NCBI GenBank assembly: GCA_964444025.1
Contig: CAYUFZ010000001.1
Span: 1-41,476, forward strand
Origin: an uncultured Emticicia sp.
Lineage (GTDB): Bacteria > Bacteroidota > Bacteroidia > Cytophagales > Spirosomataceae
DNA length: 41,476 nt
Direction: 5' to 3'
Part shown: positions 35,706-41,476 of the stretch, one piece after another
How positions within the stretch are numbered: the stretch's first letter is position 1
How the letters are laid out: each line of letters begins with the position of its first letter
Made by a program: the position numbers and the translations under genes
Notes under the pieces: generated by a model
Databases searched by the model: none
What the model was told of the DNA's origin: nothing
Seen by the model: the letters and a program-made list of their open reading frames with translations, nothing else

Positions 35706-36476
35706 ATGTTTCGTCTGAATAATAAAGTGGCGATTGTTACCGGCGGTGCCAGTGGAATCGGGTTGTCTGTTGTAAGGCAATTTGCCAAACAAGGAGCTAT
35801 TGTGCATATTTTTGAGTTGAATATTGACCAAGCCGAAAGGGAAGCTGATTTAATCAATGCGAATGGCGGCGAGGTATATGCCCATCAAATCGATATTTCA
35901 AAACAAAAAGAGGTGAAAGCTTTGGTTGATAAAATAGCCAAACAAGATAAAATTGATATTTTGGTCAATAATGCTGGGATTGCTCATGTAGGGAATGTGG
36001 AGAATACCCTCGAAGAAGATTTTGATAGGGTGTTTAGTGTCAATGTAAAAGGAACTTATAATTGTCTTCAAGCGGTGATTCCTCACCTTAAAAATAGAGG
36101 AGGAGTGATTTTGAATCTTGCTTCTGTTGCGGCTACGGTTGGCATTCCAGATAGGTTTGCGTACTCGATGTCGAAAGGGGCTGTTTATACCATGACTTTG
36201 CAGGTAGCGAAAGATTATCTTTCCTATAATATTCGTTGCAATAGCATTTCTCCTGGGCGTGTACACACCCCTTTTGTAGATGGTTTTTTGAAAAAAAATT
36301 ACCCTGGAAACGAAAAGCTTATGTTTGAAAAATTGGCTAAAACGCAGCCCATTGGTCGTATGGCGAAACCAGACGAAATTGCCTCTTTGGCGGTGTATTT
36401 GTGTTCGGATGAAGCGGCATTTATCACAGGGTGTGATTATCTAATTGATGGGGGATTTGTGAAACTTAATAATTAA
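35706..36476 (+). CDS. SDR oxidoreductase, 2-keto-3-deoxy-sugar-acid dehydrogenase-like
   Basis: TGGASGIG, NNAG, DRFAYSMSK (YxxxK), PGRVHTPFV, QPIGRM. Confidence 0.9.
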   Translation: MFRLNNKVAIVTGGASGIGLSVVRQFAKQGAIVHIFELNIDQAEREADLINANGGEVYAHQIDISKQKEVKALVDKIAKQDKIDILVNNAGIAHVGNVENTLEEDFDRVFSVNVKGTYNCLQAVIPHLKNRGGVILNLASVAATVGIPDRFAYSMSKGAVYTMTLQVAKDYLSYNIRCNSISPGRVHTPFVDGFLKKNYPGNEKLMFEKLAKTQPIGRMAKPDEIASLAVYLCSDEAAFITGCDYLIDGGFVKLNN

Positions 36477-36488
36477 ACTGCCAATAAT

Positions 36489-37727
36489 GTGATGAAAAAA
36501 AAGATATTTTACGTGTCAATTTTACTTTTATGTGTTCAGTTGACATTTGCTCAGGGAATTGCTTTTGAGCCAACAATCGAAATGGCTATTCAAAAAGCAA
36601 AAGCCTCTAATAAATTACTTTTTGTGGAGTGCTACCATCCCAATTGTCCCGTTTGTATGGCTCTTGAGCCAGCACTAAAAAATTCGGAGGTAGGAAAGTT
36701 TTATAATAAGAATTTTATAAATTATAAGTTGAACCTGAGTGATGCCAAGCAAGTAGCATTTCTGAATAAAAAAAATATATATTTGCCGAGTTTTCCGATG
36801 TTTTTCTTTTTTGATGCCAAGCAAGAAATTGTCCATCATACCGACCCCATTAATGAGCCTCAAGAGTTAATCCAACATGCAAAAGATGCCCTGAGTCCCG
36901 AAAAACAATCGGGCTTGTCGTGGAAAAAGTTTCAGTCGGGAAATAGAGATATTGGTGTTCTTACTGGATTGGCTTATTTGCTTAGAATCAAGCAAGATAC
37001 TGCCAAAAATATCTTGGTTGCCAATGAATTATTCAAAAATTATCCAAAAAATCAACTAAATAGCAAAGGAAGCTGGAATATTGCCAAAAAGTGTTTGATG
37101 GATGTAGAAAATGGATTTGCCGAATATTGGTTAGGTCACATCGAAACGGCTAAAAATTACGAGGCAGAGCTGGGGCATGCTGGTAATGAAAAAAATGCTC
37201 TTGGTTTTTTGGTGCAAAAAGCAATTTATGAGAAAAATTCAGCTAATTACACATTATCGAAAGTGAATAAATTAAAGCATTACATGCAACTTGTCGGAGC
37301 AGGACAGTATGTTGCTGGAGCAACTTGGCAAATCGAATGTCCCGCTATTTTGAGGGAACAAGGGCAGGACAAAGCGTTTGCCTTTTTGAAAAATATGGCA
37401 GATGGACAAACGCAATCCCAGGCTTTGGTTTATTTTGTAACTTTTTTCAACAATACCTTCAAAGATGGGAAGTATGCTCCGCAAGCAAGGGTATGGCTTG
37501 AAAGAGCATTGCCCAATACCCGTACCAATCAGGAGCTGGCAAATTATTACTTTGAATCGGCTCGGCTATTTCAGAAAGCGGGAGATGGTACAAACGCAAA
37601 AAAACATTTGTCTGAGGCGAAAAATTATGTGAATTTGGCAAAAAATAAAGTGACTGACCCAAATTTAAAGACAGTTATTGCTTCAATAGAAAAAAATATT
37701 AATAAATTGGCAGGGGAATTAAAATAA
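36489..37727 (+). CDS. Exported thioredoxin-fold protein with a helical/TPR-like C-terminus
   Basis: Signal peptide, QGIAFE, KLLFVECYHPNCPVC, FINYKLN, cis-Pro region SFPMF. Confidence 0.85.
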   Translation: MMKKKIFYVSILLLCVQLTFAQGIAFEPTIEMAIQKAKASNKLLFVECYHPNCPVCMALEPALKNSEVGKFYNKNFINYKLNLSDAKQVAFLNKKNIYLPSFPMFFFFDAKQEIVHHTDPINEPQELIQHAKDALSPEKQSGLSWKKFQSGNRDIGVLTGLAYLLRIKQDTAKNILVANELFKNYPKNQLNSKGSWNIAKKCLMDVENGFAEYWLGHIETAKNYEAELGHAGNEKNALGFLVQKAIYEKNSANYTLSKVNKLKHYMQLVGAGQYVAGATWQIECPAILREQGQDKAFAFLKNMADGQTQSQALVYFVTFFNNTFKDGKYAPQARVWLERALPNTRTNQELANYYFESARLFQKAGDGTNAKKHLSEAKNYVNLAKNKVTDPNLKTVIASIEKNINKLAGELK

Positions 37728-37748
37728 AATCAATTTAACAATCATACA

Positions 37749-38879
37749 ATGACGCTTTTTAATGTGTACCCGCTCTATGATATTGAGCCAGTAAAAGCCT
37801 TGGGCTCTTATTTGTGGGATAAAGATGGACAAGAATATTTGGATTTATATGGAGGGCATGCTGTTATTTCTGTGGGGCATACACATCCATATTATGTAAA
37901 AAAAATATCACAGCAATTAAAAAATATAGCTTTTTACTCGAATTCGGTAAAAATTTCCTCTCAAGAGGCTTTGGCTGAAAAACTCGGAAAACTATCTGGA
38001 TTGAAAGATTATTCTCTGTTTTTGGTTAATTCTGGTGCCGAAGCCAATGAGAATGCTCTAAAATTGGCATCATTTCACAATGGCAGAAAGAAAATCATTG
38101 CGTTTGCCAAAGGGTTTCATGGAAGAACATCGGCGGCGGTTGCCGTAACAGACAATAAATCTATTAAAGCCCCTATTAATTTTGACGAGCATGTTCAAAT
38201 ATTGCCGTTTAATGATGTTGAGGCTGTGAAACAAGCAATAGACAATGAGACTTGTGCGGTTATTGTAGAAGGAATACAAGGAGTAGGTGGTATTCATGTG
38301 GCAAGCGATGAGTTTATGAAAGCAATTCGCAAAGCTTGTGATAAAACTGGAGCTGTATTTATTCACGATAGTGTACAGTGCGGATATGGCCGTTCAGGTA
38401 AATTTTTCACTTTTCAGCATGGTGGTATCAAACCAGATATTATCACGACTGCCAAAGGAATGGGCAATGGTTTCCCGATTGGTGGGGTATTGATTTCGCC
38501 TAAATTTCAAGCAAAACATGGTTTATTAGGCACAACATTCGGAGGGAACCATTTGGCTTGTGCTGCCGCCAATGCAGTATTGGATATTATAAAAAAAGAA
38601 AAATTAGTAGAGAATGCCTCCATGATGGGTGAGTATTTATTTGCTGAATTGAAAAAAATACCTGGAATAAAGGAATTAAGGGGAAAAGGCTTAATGATAG
38701 GAATTGAGTTCGAGAAACCCGTTGCTCCAATAAGAGATGCTATTCTTTTTGAACATAAAATATTTACAGGAGTAGCTGGTGCTAATACGATGAGATTATT
38801 GCCGAGTTTGGCAATAACACAAAAAGAAGCGGATGCCTTTTTAGTAGCACTGAAAGCAGTTTTACAAAAAAATAATTAG
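37749..38879 (+). CDS. argD: Acetylornithine aminotransferase (class III PLP enzyme)
   Basis: DLYGGHAVISVGH, NSGAEANE, FHGRT, DSVQCGYGRSG, AKGMGNGFPIG, GTTFGGN. Confidence 0.9.
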   Translation: MTLFNVYPLYDIEPVKALGSYLWDKDGQEYLDLYGGHAVISVGHTHPYYVKKISQQLKNIAFYSNSVKISSQEALAEKLGKLSGLKDYSLFLVNSGAEANENALKLASFHNGRKKIIAFAKGFHGRTSAAVAVTDNKSIKAPINFDEHVQILPFNDVEAVKQAIDNETCAVIVEGIQGVGGIHVASDEFMKAIRKACDKTGAVFIHDSVQCGYGRSGKFFTFQHGGIKPDIITTAKGMGNGFPIGGVLISPKFQAKHGLLGTTFGGNHLACAAANAVLDIIKKEKLVENASMMGEYLFAELKKIPGIKELRGKGLMIGIEFEKPVAPIRDAILFEHKIFTGVAGANTMRLLPSLAITQKEADAFLVALKAVLQKNN

Positions 38880-38898
38880 TTTTTTCGTCAATCATATA

Positions 38899-38934
38899 TA
38901 AATCCCCCTAAGAATATCATTTTAGGGGGATTTA
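38899..38934. terminator. Bidirectional terminator between argD and nagB
   Basis: Perfect 13-bp stem TAAATCCCCCTAA / TTAGGGGGATTTA between convergent stops. Confidence 0.9.
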
Positions 38935-38973
38935 ATACGAAATTTTATCAACAAGCTGAATCCCGCTCAACTA

Positions 38974-40896
38974 TTAGAATTTCCAACGAACAAATGCTTC
39001 CATCGCTTCATATTCTGCAAGACCTAATTTGTTGTATAATTGTGCCGTTGCAGAGTTTCGCTCTTCAGCCCTTTGCCAAAATTCACGGGCATCAGTTCCT
39101 TGGAACACAACTCCGTCTTTTTGAGATTGGTGTTTGAAAATCCCCATTCTCTTTTGTAAAACTTGGTCAGGAGACATAGGCACAGCCATTTCGATTTCGT
39201 GAATGTCCCATTCTGCCCATGCACCACGATACAACCAAACCCAACAATCTTTCATGAAGTTATTATGTTTTAGCTTTTCGATGGCAGCAAAAATAGCATC
39301 TAAACAAACCTTATGCGTTCCGTGTGGGTCTGCCAAGTCGCCAGCAGCATATATTTGATGCGGCTTTACTTGTTCAATCAGGTTTGCTACAACAGCTATG
39401 TCATCAGAGCTAAGAGGCTTTTTTTCAATTCTCCCTGTTTCATAGAAAGGCATATCTAAGAAATGAACATTTGTGTCAGGAATGCCCACAAATCTACAAG
39501 TTGCCTTCGCTTCTCCACGTCTAATTAATCCTTTGACGTATTTGACAGCATCGGTATCGATGTCACTATCTTTTTTAGTTTTCAAGAATTCTTTGGCTTC
39601 TGCAAATAGTTTTTGTGCTTCTTTATTCTCGATACCAAATTTTGAATTAAAGTCCACCACAAAATCTATAAATCTGATAGCCTCGTCGTCAGCAACAGCA
39701 ATATTACCTGAAGTTTGATAGGCAACATGTACGTCATGTCCTTGATCCACCAATCTTTGAAAAGTTCCTCCCATCGAAATAATGTCATCATCTGGGTGTG
39801 GACTAAATATGATAACACGTTTCTGTGCCGGCAATGCTCTTTCTGGGCGATGGGTATCATCGGCATTTGGTTTCCCTCCAGGCCATCCCGAAATACTATG
39901 TTGCAGTTGATTGAACACATCGATATTAATCTCGTAAGCTTGTCCACTTCTGGCAAGTAAATCACTCAGTCCATTGTCGTTATAATCTTTATTAGTGAGT
40001 TTCAAGATGGGCTTTCCGAGGGTTAAAGCTAAATTGGTTACTGCTTTTTTAATCATCTTACTCGACCACTCGACATCTTCCACAACCCAAGGTGTTCGCA
40101 TGCGGGTGAGTTCGTGGGCAGCACGCTCATCAATGACAAAAAGTGTATTTGGGTGTGTTTGTAAATAAGATGCAGGAATTGTCTCCGTGACACGTCCCTC
40201 GACTGCTTCTGCAATGACAGGAGCTTTTCTTTCTCCCCATGCCAATAATACCACACGTTTGGCACTTAATATTTTGGACACCCCCAAAGTAATGGCTTTT
40301 TTAGGTACTTTGACCAAACTTCCTCCAAAATCCGAAGCAGCTGCAACACGGGTAGAATGGTCGAGCATCATCAACCTTGTTCGAGAGTTAATCAATGAAC
40401 CAGGTTCATTAAAGCCTATGTGTCCATTTGCTCCAATACCCAAGAGCTGAAAATCTAGCCCACCTAAAGCTTCCATTTTTCGCTCGTATTCCTCACAAAA
40501 ATCCTTGATTTTATTGCTTGGTATTGTTCCATCTGGTAAAAAATAGTTTTCTTTCGGGATATCTACTAGGTCAAACAATTGTTCTTTCATGAATCTGACA
40601 TAACTCTGAAGAGAGTCTGGCTCCATCGGATAATATTCATCTAGGTTGAATGAAATGACATTCTTGAAGCTGAGTCCTTCTTCCCTGTGCATGCGAACTA
40701 ATTCGGCATAAACAGACTTAGGTGAAGAGCCGGTCGCCAAACCTAAAATACATGGGCGATTTTGTTGTTGTTTTTCTCTAATTAATGCGGCAATTTCCTG
40801 AGCCACGGCATTAGATGCTTCTCGTGAATCTTTGAAAATTTTTGTCGGAATCTTCTCGTAAGCGATTGGTTCGTTAGTGACGATTTGTTGTTCCAT
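38974..40896 (-). CDS. nagB: Glucosamine-6-phosphate deaminase fused to a PIG-L-like deacetylase domain
   Basis: GLATGSSP, NLDEY, GHIGFNEPG; C-terminal SPHPDDD and DPHGTH. Confidence 0.96.
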   Translation of the reverse strand: MEQQIVTNEPIAYEKIPTKIFKDSREASNAVAQEIAALIREKQQQNRPCILGLATGSSPKSVYAELVRMHREEGLSFKNVISFNLDEYYPMEPDSLQSYVRFMKEQLFDLVDIPKENYFLPDGTIPSNKIKDFCEEYERKMEALGGLDFQLLGIGANGHIGFNEPGSLINSRTRLMMLDHSTRVAAASDFGGSLVKVPKKAITLGVSKILSAKRVVLLAWGERKAPVIAEAVEGRVTETIPASYLQTHPNTLFVIDERAAHELTRMRTPWVVEDVEWSSKMIKKAVTNLALTLGKPILKLTNKDYNDNGLSDLLARSGQAYEINIDVFNQLQHSISGWPGGKPNADDTHRPERALPAQKRVIIFSPHPDDDIISMGGTFQRLVDQGHDVHVAYQTSGNIAVADDEAIRFIDFVVDFNSKFGIENKEAQKLFAEAKEFLKTKKDSDIDTDAVKYVKGLIRRGEAKATCRFVGIPDTNVHFLDMPFYETGRIEKKPLSSDDIAVVANLIEQVKPHQIYAAGDLADPHGTHKVCLDAIFAAIEKLKHNNFMKDCWVWLYRGAWAEWDIHEIEMAVPMSPDQVLQKRMGIFKHQSQKDGVVFQGTDAREFWQRAEERNSATAQLYNKLGLAEYEAMEAFVRWKF

Positions 40897-41079
40897 TATT
40901 GAGGTAGTTTTTATTTTTGACTCAAAAATATTTTTTTACAAAATTAACAATAATAAATTAATTGTTTTCTTTAATTCGTTTAAAAACAAAAAAATAATGA
41001 CATAATTTCTTATTTGAAAAAATATTTTTTTAATCAATGATTGAATAATTGGAAAAATGAGAAATTTTTGGGACTAAAA

Positions 41080-41137
41080 TAGCCTATTCATTCAATTAAT
41101 TTTTACGAAAAAAGAATTTCGTTGAATGAATAGGCTA
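41080..41137. repeat. Perfect 16-bp inverted repeat, probable terminator of the upstream glycosyltransferase
   Basis: TAGCCTATTCATTCAA (41080-41095) / TTGAATGAATAGGCTA (41122-41137), 26-nt spacer. Confidence 0.8.
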
Positions 41138-41149
41138 ATATAAGAAAAA

Positions 41150-41476
41150 TTAATAAAAAAATCTTTTTATTTTGATTAACTTATCATAAACAGATTTTGT
41201 AAACAAGGATTTGAAAAAGTCTTTCCAATCTTGCTTCGATTGTGGCTGTTGATAGTATAAAGCAGCAATCATTGCCTTGAATCTCCTCCACGAATGATTG
41301 GTATTTTGGGTACAATCGGCAAGCATTTTATAATAATCCGATAAAATCGGAAAGAGCAAATGCTTATACTTTTTTTGAGTATATTCATGTATTTTTCCAT
41401 ACATAAATATACGATTTTCTACAAAATTTGCATCAAGGGTATTGTCTGTATAGCTTAATCCAGACAAATGTCTCCG
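41150..41476 (-). CDS. C-terminal part of a probable family 2 glycosyltransferase (partial)
   Basis: Frame is open to the window edge and begins RRHLSGLS, resembling the YRxH..G.S motif of GT2 enzymes; helical basic tail. Confidence 0.5.
   Translation of the reverse strand, partial: RRHLSGLSYTDNTLDANFVENRIFMYGKIHEYTQKKYKHLLFPILSDYYKMLADCTQNTNHSWRRFKAMIAALYYQQPQSKQDWKDFFKSLFTKSVYDKLIKIKRFFY

Noticed and set aside
274-40450. Many 60-130 aa ORFs antisense to or nested within long genes
   Set aside because: They are shadows of well-supported genes and carry no recognisable motifs.
38974-40896. NagB fused to a PIG-L-like domain as a novel fusion
   Set aside because: This long NagB form is common in Bacteroidota.

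Overview
AT-rich bacterial DNA from a member of the Bacteroidota, most likely Cytophagales. This is inferred from a T9SS C-terminal sorting domain, the nadK-DUF6089-uppS-bamA-skp-skp gene order, a fused NagB/PIG-L protein and TAnnTTTG promoter boxes. Left to right: (1) 1-6382, an IclR-linked CoA-dependent organic-acid catabolic cluster resembling itaconate/C5-dicarboxylate modules; (2) a sodium:solute symporter; (3) a two-gene CX5R phosphatase + ADP-ribosylglycohydrolase unit; (4) 10022-23203, a tightly packed 11-gene cluster of exported or envelope proteins (T9SS Ig-stalk protein, MORN-like, TolB-like, OmpA, WG-repeat, PKD lipoprotein, putative NTF2-like domains, a Cys-rich helical/beta-barrel protein and a membrane-anchored partner), which is the best candidate for an undescribed system; (5) a gene split by a homopolymer frameshift and a candidate small hydrophobic peptide; (6) housekeeping genes (skp x2, bamA, uppS, DUF6089 x2, nadK, beta-CASP nuclease, uxaA, SDR, thioredoxin-like, argD, nagB, partial glycosyltransferase). 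I saw no rRNA, tRNA, CRISPR array, integrase or transposase. All family calls come from motif recognition by eye, not database searches.
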